Below, in pieces: positions 1 through 8,749 of a stretch of 32,000 nucleotides of DNA. The translations under genes were made by a program, and so were the position numbers. The stretch's first letter is position 1; the number at the start of each line of letters is the position of its first letter. Source of the DNA: Fibrobacter succinogenes subsp. succinogenes S85 (GTDB lineage: Bacteria > Fibrobacterota > Fibrobacteria > Fibrobacterales > Fibrobacteraceae); contig NC_017448.1 in the NCBI RefSeq assembly GCF_000146505.1, positions 300,001 to 332,000 of the forward strand, given 5' to 3'. The notes beneath the pieces were generated by a model. It ran no database searches. It had not been told where the DNA came from and worked only from the letters and a program-made list of their open reading frames with translations.

Positions 1-1
1 T

Positions 2-157
2 GTCGGCCGCTATTTAAAAATCAACAACTGTTTCTACAAAATTGAAAAAGGGAAATTTCCGATTCAAAAGCCCGAATTTTGCTTCGACCATACAGATTAT
101 AGCGTAAAATTCACCCATACCGATGGCAAATTTATCATGTACGGTGGTGAACCGTAA
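2..157 (+). CDS. 3' end of an unidentified CDS entering from the left edge (partial)
   Basis: Frame 2 is open from the window edge for 51 codons (...DHTDYSVKFTHTDGKFIMYGGEP*), with TAA at 155-157. No motif recognised. Confidence 0.35.
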   Translation, partial: VGRYLKINNCFYKIEKGKFPIQKPEFCFDHTDYSVKFTHTDGKFIMYGGEP

Positions 158-174
158 CCACTATTAACTATTTT

Positions 175-1062
175 ATGGGCATGCATTACAAACCTTATCG
201 CGATTTACTTTTGGAGCTTTTCCCCAACTATCTCAAGGTGCGCAAACTCCCGCTCAACGGCGGCATGAGCTGCCCAAACCTCGACGGAACCAAAGGGTTT
301 TCGGGTTGCAGCTACTGCAACAACCGCAGCTTTAGCCCTGTCTTTGATGAAGCTAAAGTCTCGATTCAGGAACAGCTCAAAAAGTACATTCCGAAGCTTC
401 GCGACAAGTACCCGAATGCAGGCATCCTCGCCTACTTGCAGCCGTACACGAATACGCACGCGCCGCTTGAACATCTGCGCGAAATCATCGATCCGATTAT
501 CAAGCACAAGGAAATTGCAGGGCTAGCCATTGGGACGCGCCCGGATTGCCTTGAAGACGAAAAGATTGAATACCTTGCTGAGCTCAACCACAAGAAACCA
601 ATTATCGTTGAAATCGGCCTCCAAACAGCAAATGACTTGACGCTCGCGGGCATCAACCGCAGGCATACGCTTGCGGAATTTGAAGATGCTGTAAAGCGCT
701 GTCAAGCCGCAGGCCTCACCGTCACGACACATGTGATTGTTGGGCTCCCTGGCGAAAAGATGGAAGACTTTAAGCACACGGCACAAGTCGTTCACGATTT
801 GAAACTTGCAGCGGTCAAAATCCACCCATTACACATTGTGGTCGGCACGGTCATGGCGCAGGATTACGCCAATGGCGAAGTCAAATTGCTCTCGTTCGAG
901 GAATACTGCGAAGCGGTTGCCGAGATGATCAAGATTATTGGCAAGGATATCGCGATTGAGCGATTCAGCGGCGAAAGCCCGAGCGAGCTTTTGATTGCAC
1001 CGAACTGGTGCGGAGAACGCGACAAGATTATTACAACAGTCGAAAAACTGCTCAGCGCATAA
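175..1062 (+). CDS. Radical SAM protein, TIGR01212/YhcC-like family
   Basis: 295-aa ORF. The N-terminal Cys cluster GGMSCPNLDGTKGFSGCSYCN (CPNxDG...GCxYC) and the overall layout are typical of this family. An alternative ATG lies at 181. Confidence 0.8.
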   Translation: MGMHYKPYRDLLLELFPNYLKVRKLPLNGGMSCPNLDGTKGFSGCSYCNNRSFSPVFDEAKVSIQEQLKKYIPKLRDKYPNAGILAYLQPYTNTHAPLEHLREIIDPIIKHKEIAGLAIGTRPDCLEDEKIEYLAELNHKKPIIVEIGLQTANDLTLAGINRRHTLAEFEDAVKRCQAAGLTVTTHVIVGLPGEKMEDFKHTAQVVHDLKLAAVKIHPLHIVVGTVMAQDYANGEVKLLSFEEYCEAVAEMIKIIGKDIAIERFSGESPSELLIAPNWCGERDKIITTVEKLLSA

Positions 1063-1082
1063 GCAACGAATGAGAGGGGAAA

Positions 1083-1598
1083 ATGAAACGTATTGAAGAT
1101 TACATTATTGCGGTTCCGGATTTTCCCAAGCCGGGAGTTTTGTTCCGTGACATCACAGGAATTTTGAGCGATCCCGATGGATTAAAGCTCACGCTTGATA
1201 CTTTCTATAAGACGCTTGAAAATGTTGATTTTGACGTAGTCGTAGGGCTAGAAGCACGCGGATTCCTATTTGGTGTTCCGATTGCAGAGCATTTCCACAA
1301 GCCGTTTGTCCCTGAGCGCAAAAAAGGGAAACTCCCCCGCGAGACTGTAGAAATCACTTACAATCTCGAATACGGAACCGCCTGTATGGAAGTCCATAAA
1401 GATGCGATAAAGCCAGGGCAACGCGTTGTTATCGTCGATGACTTGCTCGCCACTGGCGGAACTGCAAAAGCTGCCGCCCATCTTGTAGAGAAAATGGGCG
1501 GTAAAGTAGAATGTTTTGCTTTTGTCATTGAGCTTGCGGACCTTAAAGGTAGCGAAGTTCTTGATGGCTACCGCGTGGAATCGCTGACGAAGTTTTAA
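1083..1598 (+). CDS. apt: Adenine phosphoribosyltransferase
   Basis: 171 aa. The N-terminus IAVPDFPKPGVLFRDITGIL and the PRPP-binding loop VVIVDDLLATGGTA are classic Apt. GAGAGGGGA Shine-Dalgarno sequence upstream of the ATG. Confidence 0.95.
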   Translation: MKRIEDYIIAVPDFPKPGVLFRDITGILSDPDGLKLTLDTFYKTLENVDFDVVVGLEARGFLFGVPIAEHFHKPFVPERKKGKLPRETVEITYNLEYGTACMEVHKDAIKPGQRVVIVDDLLATGGTAKAAAHLVEKMGGKVECFAFVIELADLKGSEVLDGYRVESLTKF

Positions 1599-2824
1599 AC
1601 ACGCTTGAAGATAAGCGAAGTATTGATGCCGCCGAACGCAAAGTTATTCGACATAAAATATTCCGTATCAATTTCACGCCCGGAACCCGTGATGTAATCC
1701 AACGGAGCGCATTCCGGGTCCACATTTTTCAAATTCAAATTCGGGCTAAACCATCCGCGATTCATCATGTTGATGCCAAGCCAGGCCTCGATACCGCCGC
1801 ATGCGCCAAGCGTATGGCCCATGTAGCTCTTGAGGCTAGAAATCGCCACGGCACGCTGCTTAAAAGCGTTGTATGTCGCCCAGCTTTCAGCAATATCGCC
1901 ATGATGCGTTGCGGTACCATGGCCATTCACATAGCCAATCGCATCCGTTGAAATTTCGGCATCTTTTAAAGCCAATTCCAGCGCACGTTGCATCGTATCT
2001 TTCTTAGGCTGCGTGATGTGTTCGCCATCCGTATTATGCCCAAAGCCGACGAGTTCTGCATAAATGTGTGCGCCACGAGCTTTGGCATGCTCATATTCTT
2101 CGAGCACAAGCGTTCCCGCGCCCTCGCCGATAACAAGGCCGTCTCGGTCGCGATCGTACGGAGCAGGCGTAAGTTCGGGCGTTGAATTTTTAACGCTCGT
2201 TGCAAAAAGCGTGTCGAACACAGCCGTTTCTGTAGCAGCAAGCTCTTCGGCACCGCCTGCAATCATCACATCTTGCATACCGTACTTGATGGCTTCATAA
2301 GCGTAACCGATGGAAAGGCTACCACTCGTGCAAGCAGTATTCGTTGTGATGAGTCGCCCCGTAAGGCCAAAGAAAAGGCTTACGTTCACAGCGCATGTCT
2401 GCGGCATGGACTGAATATACGTCGTCACAGAAACGTTTGCGCAGTTGTACGGCGGATTCTGCATGGAGACAAAATCCAAAAGCGGACGCACGCTCCCCAT
2501 CGAAGAACCGTAAGCAACGCCCACACGGCCAGACTTGAGAAGTTCCTTTTCACCCGCAAGGCCAGCCATTTGCATAGCCTTATCCGCAGATGTAATCGCA
2601 AGCACGCCCACACGGCCTGCACCGCGAACTTTTTTGCGTGGGTATTCCGGCAAATCATAGAGAATCGGGCCCGCCAGGCGCGTATTCATTTGCGCATACT
2701 TGTCCCAATCATCCATACGGACGATGTGATTTTTCAGAGACTTAAGTTCCGAAAAAATATCATCCAATTCCATCCCTAAAGATGTAACGCAACTGCCTCC
2801 GGTAACGACAACTCGACGACTCAC
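1595..2824 (-). CDS. Beta-ketoacyl-ACP synthase (KS), APE-cluster type (ApeR-like)
   Basis: 409 aa. Begins RRVVVTGG. Active-site Cys in NTACTSGSLS and the two His in HGTATHHGD and GHTLGACG. GTG start overlaps the upstream stop (GTGA). Confidence 0.9.
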   Translation of the reverse strand: MSRRVVVTGGSCVTSLGMELDDIFSELKSLKNHIVRMDDWDKYAQMNTRLAGPILYDLPEYPRKKVRGAGRVGVLAITSADKAMQMAGLAGEKELLKSGRVGVAYGSSMGSVRPLLDFVSMQNPPYNCANVSVTTYIQSMPQTCAVNVSLFFGLTGRLITTNTACTSGSLSIGYAYEAIKYGMQDVMIAGGAEELAATETAVFDTLFATSVKNSTPELTPAPYDRDRDGLVIGEGAGTLVLEEYEHAKARGAHIYAELVGFGHNTDGEHITQPKKDTMQRALELALKDAEISTDAIGYVNGHGTATHHGDIAESWATYNAFKQRAVAISSLKSYMGHTLGACGGIEAWLGINMMNRGWFSPNLNLKNVDPECAPLDYITGSGREIDTEYFMSNNFAFGGINTSLIFKRV

Positions 2825-3549
2825 GCCAAGCCTCCATTGACCGAAATGACTTGACGCGTAATGTACGCAGCACCTTCAGAAAGCAGGAAAACGACGGTTG
2901 CAGCGACTTCTTCGGGTTTGCCCACGCGTTTCATCGGGATGGTCGGGAGAATCATATCGAGCGGAGCATCCTTGATCATTTCGGTTTCAATGACACCCGG
3001 AGCCACACTATTCACGGTGATGTTGCGACTCGCAAGTTCAGTTGCAAGCGCTTTTGTCGCCCCAATGAGGCCAGCCTTTGAAGCACTGTAGTTGACCTGA
3101 CCGCGGTTTCCAATCACGCCAGAAACAGACGAAATCGTAATAATGCGGCCTTTGCGCTTACGGCACATCGGCAACACAATCGGATGGACAACGTTGTAAA
3201 AACCGTTCAAGTTTGTATTTAGGACTTTGTCCCAAAATTCGTCGGTCATAGCCGGGAATGCGGCATCAGCACAGACGCCAGCATTTGTCACAACGCCATA
3301 GTAAACGCCATTTTCGGCAATGTCTTTTTCAAGAACTTCTTTGCACTGTTCACGGTCGCAAATATTGAACTGCAATGTGCGAATTTTACCGCCATTGGCT
3401 CGGATGCGTTCGGCAAGTTCATCAATCGGTGCAGAATTTCTATTGTAATGAGCAACAACTGTGTAGCCTTCTTTCGCTACAGCTTCGGCAATGGCAAGAC
3501 CAATTCCGCCACTAGCACCCGTAATCAAAACTGACTTTTCATTTTCCAT
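2821..3549 (-). CDS. 3-oxoacyl-ACP reductase, SDR family (FabG/ApeQ-like)
   Basis: Rossmann motif VLITGASGGIG, NAG, and the catalytic YSASKAG. The ORF is open from TTG 3567 / ATG 3564. I prefer ATG 3549 because AGAGG lies 6 nt upstream and the N-terminal length is typical. Confidence 0.9.
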   Translation of the reverse strand: MENEKSVLITGASGGIGLAIAEAVAKEGYTVVAHYNRNSAPIDELAERIRANGGKIRTLQFNICDREQCKEVLEKDIAENGVYYGVVTNAGVCADAAFPAMTDEFWDKVLNTNLNGFYNVVHPIVLPMCRKRKGRIITISSVSGVIGNRGQVNYSASKAGLIGATKALATELASRNITVNSVAPGVIETEMIKDAPLDMILPTIPMKRVGKPEEVAATVVFLLSEGAAYITRQVISVNGGLA

Positions 3550-3563
3550 TCCATACCTCTGCA

Positions 3564-4034
3564 TCAATTTAAATTTAACGAACTTTTAGGGTCATCGACT
3601 TCGACCGTATTGAGTTTCGCCGTTACAGCAAGCGTTCCGTTGACCGTTGCAAAACCTTCAAAAGTCACCGCCTTGTCCATACGGATGTTCTCAAGAACGT
3701 TGACCACAACGGTTTCGCCCTCCTTAAAAACAGGGACATCGGCCTTGAAGCCACTCACGCTCATGATAAATCCGGTCTTTGGCTTTTCACCTTTGGCACG
3801 GCCACAAATTCCAGACAACGCAGAAACGCTTTGAGCCATATATTCAAAAGCAACCCACACAGGTACGCCACCAAGCTCGTCTTCATAGAACATGTTATCG
3901 CAAGCGATATCAATTTCAGTCGTGATGGAATTTTCTTTTAAATCGTAATCGCGGACACGATTGAGCAAAAGCATTTTGCCCTTGTGCGGCACAAGTTCAC
4001 TGACTAAATCTTTTGTATCAAAAACTTCTGTCAT
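3564..4034 (-). CDS. Hotdog-fold 3-hydroxyacyl-ACP dehydratase (FabZ/ApeP-like)
   Basis: 156 aa. The LVPHKGKMLLLNRV motif resembles the FabZ LPHRYPFLLVDRV. ATGA start/stop overlap with the upstream KS. Confidence 0.8.
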   Translation of the reverse strand: MTEVFDTKDLVSELVPHKGKMLLLNRVRDYDLKENSITTEIDIACDNMFYEDELGGVPVWVAFEYMAQSVSALSGICGRAKGEKPKTGFIMSVSGFKADVPVFKEGETVVVNVLENIRMDKAVTFEGFATVNGTLAVTAKLNTVEVDDPKSSLNLN

Positions 4035-5281
4035 GCCAAACCATTTTCAACAATCAAAGACACATTACAACCACCAAATGCAAAAGAATTGCTCATGCAA
4101 TATTTAAGGTCTTTTGCTGTCTCGCCTGGTTTTACCAAATGAACTGGCGGGAGATTCGGATCGACGACGCCATCAAAAAGATGAGCCGGGAGGAGGTAAT
4201 CTTTTTCACTACTATTTTTGCAAGCGTCAGATTCGCGACGAGAATTCATCGCAAGGCAGCAGAACGCAAGTTCCAATGCACCAGCAGCCCCGAGCGTATG
4301 CCCCGTGAGTGCCTTTGTCGAGCTGACGGGAACATCAGCGTGACTAGCTTCACCGAAAAGGCGGTTGATAGCACGCGATTCCATGGCATCGTTCAGTTCT
4401 GTACCGGTTCCATGCAAATTCACGTAACCGATTTGAGAGGCATCAAGGCCGGCATCGTTAAGAGCCGCCTTCATCGCCTGATAAGCGCCTTCCCCATCGG
4501 CACGCGGGGCCGTAATGTGGTCGGCATCGGCACTTTCGCCAAAACCAACAATCTTTAGGCCTTCGCATTTTGCAGTGCAAAGATCTGCACAAGGTTCTTT
4601 TGTAACAACAAAGAAAACAGCGGCATCGCCAAGCGAAAGGCCCGAGCGATTTGCACTAAAAGGATTTGTCGGCTTATCGCTCATGGCTTCGAGCGAAGCA
4701 AAACCAAGAATCACCGAGAGCGATGCAATATCGACACCGCCCACAATCGCGACATCGCAGTTGCTTGCGTAAAGATTATTGCGAGCCGAAACAAACGCAC
4801 TTGCGCTAGATGCACAAGCCGTTGAATGCACCGAAAGCATCCCCGTGATTCCAAAGCGTTGCGCAATAAACTGTGCTGGAAAATCAGCGCGCTGGTAATC
4901 GAGAACGTAGCCTTCCGGGAACGCTCCCGTTTCTTTAAAGTACTTGAGCGCCGCCATCGAAGCTTCGGAACCATTATCGCACGAACCCAAGAAAATGCCC
5001 ACGCGATCAGCACCGAACTTTTCAACCGCTTTGCGAATCGTATTTTCAATCGCTGAGAATGCCGCTTGAGACAAGCGGTTCACGCGGTTATCAAACTTTT
5101 GTTCAGGGACAGGAGCAAGCGTAGCAGGGTCAATCGTCGCCGCAGGGCGCATGACACCGGCAACATCGTACGTGGTAAAAGTCCCACGTTTGCCATTCGT
5201 GAGCGAATCAAGAACTTGAGCCTCGTCGCTACCTAAAATGCAACGAAGGCTAAAATCATTAATGTACACAGGTCGTTTCAT
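4031..5281 (-). CDS. Beta-ketoacyl-ACP synthase (KS), APE-cluster type (ApeO-like)
   Basis: 416 aa. Active-site Cys in HSTACASSASAF; His residues in HGTGTELND and GHTLGAAG; C-terminal SNSFAFGGCNVSL. Confidence 0.9.
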   Translation of the reverse strand: MKRPVYINDFSLRCILGSDEAQVLDSLTNGKRGTFTTYDVAGVMRPAATIDPATLAPVPEQKFDNRVNRLSQAAFSAIENTIRKAVEKFGADRVGIFLGSCDNGSEASMAALKYFKETGAFPEGYVLDYQRADFPAQFIAQRFGITGMLSVHSTACASSASAFVSARNNLYASNCDVAIVGGVDIASLSVILGFASLEAMSDKPTNPFSANRSGLSLGDAAVFFVVTKEPCADLCTAKCEGLKIVGFGESADADHITAPRADGEGAYQAMKAALNDAGLDASQIGYVNLHGTGTELNDAMESRAINRLFGEASHADVPVSSTKALTGHTLGAAGALELAFCCLAMNSRRESDACKNSSEKDYLLPAHLFDGVVDPNLPPVHLVKPGETAKDLKYCMSNSFAFGGCNVSLIVENGLA

Positions 5282-5307
5282 CGGTCAATGAAACCAAATC
5301 TAGAAAT

Positions 5308-7677
5308 TTAACGTTTGGCGCTGAGCGGAGATAGCACGAAACAGCAAGAAATGCCAAGCAATACGGCTAAGCCAAACGTCCAAACCGGAGTAAAGCCACT
5401 GTACACAAGGCCCCCGAACGAGATGAGCGTTGTTGCTGCAGAAAGCATCACCGCAAGAGCAGTAACCGATTTTTGTCGACCGCCTTCCCTAAAGAACAGA
5501 GCGTAGTCAATACCTATGCCGAGCGTTAAAATGACACCGACAATGGCAAAGAAATTGAATTCAATTCCAGCGTAACCAAAGACTGAAGCCGCAAAGAGGC
5601 TCGCCAAAATCGGGGCTCGCAAAATTTTCAAAGCACCTGTAAATTTGTACACAAACACAAGAATAATGAACATCACAATATAAGCCAAACCGACAAGTGT
5701 CAGCGAAACTCGGGATATTTTCGTAAATGATTCATTGATATTTTGCATTTTGTTCACGACGTAAACGTGAGGCATATTTTTGGCCAATTGCTTTGCATCA
5801 AAAGCATCCGTTGCATGCAGCGGGAAAACTGCGCTATAAAACTTTTTTCCTTGCGAATTTTCAACAGCACCAACCCAAAGCATTTCAACCATTGAACGAA
5901 TTGATGATGGGAATTGATTCAAGTCCTTGAGTCCTACATATTTCGGCGCTTCTTTTAAACTTGCATCAAGCAAAGAATCGTTCTGCACGCCAATGCTCGT
6001 CAGATATTCTTTCGTCAAATCATCTTTAAGCAACTTTTGGGTATTTTCAAAAGTTTTTCTCTGCGTCGCTTGCGAAGGAATAAAGCTTGATACAGCCAAA
6101 TAAGACTTCAACAAATTTTTCTTTTCGGCTTGCAAGAGTCGATCTGTAAGCAGTTCTTCCTGTTCCAAGACATCCTGTTCTGTTGCACCATCTATAATAA
6201 AATAATTTGACGAAATTCCAACATCATTCAATTTTCTATTCAGAACTTCCCCCGCTTTAAGCTTTTCACTCATGGAATAAAGGCTCCCCAAATCCGTATG
6301 AATATTGAGCGCACGAAGCCCAGGCAACAACGCAATCGCAAAAAAGACAAAAAACAGAACAATAACCCACGTGGGTAAATTTGAATAGCACTTTATGAAA
6401 TTTTTAGGAATAGATAGCGGGAGATTCTTTACAGAAAAAGTCCTATTTTTCGTTCTGACATTTCTCGTTTTTTCAAACAAAGCATGGAACAAAAGTGTTA
6501 TCGTCAAGAACGAGCTCAAGAGCCCGACGATTGAGAATACAGCCATCTGACGCAGCAACGTAAAATCAGCAAAGGTGAGCGATACATAGCTCACTTCTGT
6601 TGTCAAGAACCCAAGCAACAATCCCTTAAAAATTTTGGAACGGACATTGCGCTCTCCAGACTTCCAATTTGTAAAGAAATGTACCGCATAATCAATACTC
6701 ACGCCTATGACGCTCGTGCCAAAGACAAACGTAAATACGTGAACATTGCCAAACACGAACCACGTAAACGAAAGCGCCGTAAAAATGGCAACTGCAATCG
6801 TTGAAAGTGTTGCCAAAATCGGAACCGCCGAACGAAATACGTAAAGCAGCAATAGAAGAATTAGTACAATAGAAACACCCGAGATCCACGCCACCTCACG
6901 CTTAGCTTCACTCGAGCTTTCGTAACTGTGGAACGGCACGCCCGAAGCAGAAATACGCAATCCTAAATTCGCATTTTCTAAAGAATCGAGCACTTGATTC
7001 AAACGGCCAATCACATGATCATCTGTTGCAAGAGATGATACATTTTCAGAAAGCACCGCGTTCCACATCACGTACGTCATGCCAGAATCTTGCGCCGCAA
7101 GGACACCATCGCGCAAGCTAAAATGCGTAGACGACGTTAGCGTTTTTTTCATGAAATTATCAAAGGAGGCTTCGCCAAGCAAATACGGGTCTTCATCCAG
7201 GCGATTCAAATTCGCCATAGAAAACGAGCCATAGATTTTTTGCAACGCAGCAAGTTCCAAAAATTTATGATTCAAATTAAAGAACGCCTCACGAACATTT
7301 TCCCCTTGAATCGTATAACGATGTTCGAATAGAAATTCGCGAGTTTCATTCAGCGTCTTTTCATCAACATAAAGTCGGGATTCCTCAATGGAGGAGTCGC
7401 CCTTGAAAATGCTATCGAGAGAGGCAGCAACTTTGCGAGCCACTTCAAAATTTTCATGCCCAACTAGTACCGTTATGTTGCGCATAGAACGTGAGCTAAG
7501 CGTTTTTTCAGCAGCGCTCACATTCTTGATTTCGTTGGAATCCGGCAGAATCGAATACAAGTCGGAATCCATCTTCCACGGCACAGAAATGCCGAGAATA
7601 ATCAAGATGGCGTGAATCACCACCCACAGGATAATTCCCGATTTTGCGTTCAAATTCTTCCCTCCAACATTTTTCAT
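5308..7677 (-). CDS. MMPL/RND-superfamily membrane exporter (ApeM-like)
   Basis: 789 aa. Two blocks of about 5-6 hydrophobic helices (aa ~270-400 and ~640-789), each preceded by a large soluble loop. This position is conserved in APE clusters. ATGA overlap with the upstream gene. Confidence 0.8.
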   Translation of the reverse strand: MKNVGGKNLNAKSGIILWVVIHAILIILGISVPWKMDSDLYSILPDSNEIKNVSAAEKTLSSRSMRNITVLVGHENFEVARKVAASLDSIFKGDSSIEESRLYVDEKTLNETREFLFEHRYTIQGENVREAFFNLNHKFLELAALQKIYGSFSMANLNRLDEDPYLLGEASFDNFMKKTLTSSTHFSLRDGVLAAQDSGMTYVMWNAVLSENVSSLATDDHVIGRLNQVLDSLENANLGLRISASGVPFHSYESSSEAKREVAWISGVSIVLILLLLLYVFRSAVPILATLSTIAVAIFTALSFTWFVFGNVHVFTFVFGTSVIGVSIDYAVHFFTNWKSGERNVRSKIFKGLLLGFLTTEVSYVSLTFADFTLLRQMAVFSIVGLLSSFLTITLLFHALFEKTRNVRTKNRTFSVKNLPLSIPKNFIKCYSNLPTWVIVLFFVFFAIALLPGLRALNIHTDLGSLYSMSEKLKAGEVLNRKLNDVGISSNYFIIDGATEQDVLEQEELLTDRLLQAEKKNLLKSYLAVSSFIPSQATQRKTFENTQKLLKDDLTKEYLTSIGVQNDSLLDASLKEAPKYVGLKDLNQFPSSIRSMVEMLWVGAVENSQGKKFYSAVFPLHATDAFDAKQLAKNMPHVYVVNKMQNINESFTKISRVSLTLVGLAYIVMFIILVFVYKFTGALKILRAPILASLFAASVFGYAGIEFNFFAIVGVILTLGIGIDYALFFREGGRQKSVTALAVMLSAATTLISFGGLVYSGFTPVWTFGLAVLLGISCCFVLSPLSAKR

Positions 7678-8294
7678 TTTTTCGAGACCTTATAATTCAG
7701 AAAATCCAAAGTCGTTGGAATTTTTTCGCCATCCGTAATAACAATCCTATCCACGTTTTTGCAGGCATCCATCACGACGTTATCCACGAGCATGCGGATC
7801 ATCGCCTCACGCGGAATCAGTCCGATTCTAAAACCGCAAGACTTTTTTTCGTAAAAGACCTTGAAGTTTTTCTCCAATTCCGTGACTTTTCCAGAAAACA
7901 GCGATTGGATATTATTCGAGACTTCTGCAAAGATAGGATTTTCCTTTGGTAGCAATGTGCGAATTTGTCCATTAGTATCGCGTTCGACAATGCCCGCGTT
8001 ATGGATAGCGAGCTCAGAGAATACGGGCTTTTGCGTTTTCCAGATGATTCCCGCCTTTTTAGAAATGCGGAACGTTCCCGTCGAAACAAATTCGCGATTG
8101 AGCTTTTGGATAGACTTGGTCTGCTTAAAATCGCCCGAAGCCACCTGATAATCCATGACTTTTGCCAAGGATTTTTCAAGTTCCGGCCTGTTTTTAGCAC
8201 TCAACGGGCGTTCAAAGACATCCGCCATTGATGAACCAATGCCAAGCAAAACTGTCAAAAGCAAAACGCCAATATTTCGACAGGACATACGCAT
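7674..8294 (-). CDS. LolA-like outer-membrane lipoprotein carrier protein (ApeL-like), secreted
   Basis: Signal peptide MRMSCRNIGVLLLTVLLGIGSSMA when started at ATG 8294. The longer ORF (to 8342) would overlap the thioesterase gene. The GDFKQTKSIQKLNREFVSTGTFRISKKAGIIWKTQKP pattern fits LolA-like proteins. Confidence 0.65.
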   Translation of the reverse strand: MRMSCRNIGVLLLTVLLGIGSSMADVFERPLSAKNRPELEKSLAKVMDYQVASGDFKQTKSIQKLNREFVSTGTFRISKKAGIIWKTQKPVFSELAIHNAGIVERDTNGQIRTLLPKENPIFAEVSNNIQSLFSGKVTELEKNFKVFYEKKSCGFRIGLIPREAMIRMLVDNVVMDACKNVDRIVITDGEKIPTTLDFLNYKVSKK

Positions 8295-8295
8295 T

Positions 8296-8733
8296 TTACA
8301 CCACCTTATCGTTTGCCAAGAACGCTCTGACCTTGTCCACAAAGCAAGTCGGGCAAGCCCAAAGCGAATCTTTCGTTTTCATATCCACCGCCATCTGGGT
8401 ACTTTCTGCTTTTGTGAGCACCGCACCCGTTTCGGCATCCATAAACTTGTACGACAGTTTCATGCAGACTTCGTATTCCACAAGTGTCACCTCGGCACGA
8501 ATCCTCTGCATAAAAATCATCGGACGGATATATTTAATATGCAAATCTACGACGGGCCAGATGTAACCGCTACGCGTCATTTCGTTGTAATCATACCCAA
8601 TTTTACGTAAAAGTGCGCAACGGGCGACTTCCATGAACTTTACATAATTGCCATGCCATGCGACTTGCATAGAATCGACATCGTAAAATTCAACTTGGAA
8701 TTCGATCGTTTCCTTAATTTTTTTAACTGCCAT
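8296..8733 (-). CDS. 4HBT/YbgC-type acyl-CoA/ACP thioesterase (ApeK-like)
   Basis: 145 aa. FQVEFYDVDSMQVAWHGNYVKFME matches the hotdog thioesterase N-terminal motif, including the catalytic Asp. Confidence 0.8.
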   Translation of the reverse strand: MAVKKIKETIEFQVEFYDVDSMQVAWHGNYVKFMEVARCALLRKIGYDYNEMTRSGYIWPVVDLHIKYIRPMIFMQRIRAEVTLVEYEVCMKLSYKFMDAETGAVLTKAESTQMAVDMKTKDSLWACPTCFVDKVRAFLANDKVV

Positions 8734-8749
8734 GCGAATTTAGGTCCTT

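Noticed and set aside
8295-8342. N-terminal 16 codons of the track ORF for the LolA-like gene
   Set aside because: They would overlap the thioesterase gene by 47 nt. The ATG at 8294 starts immediately after the thioesterase stop and yields a proper signal peptide.
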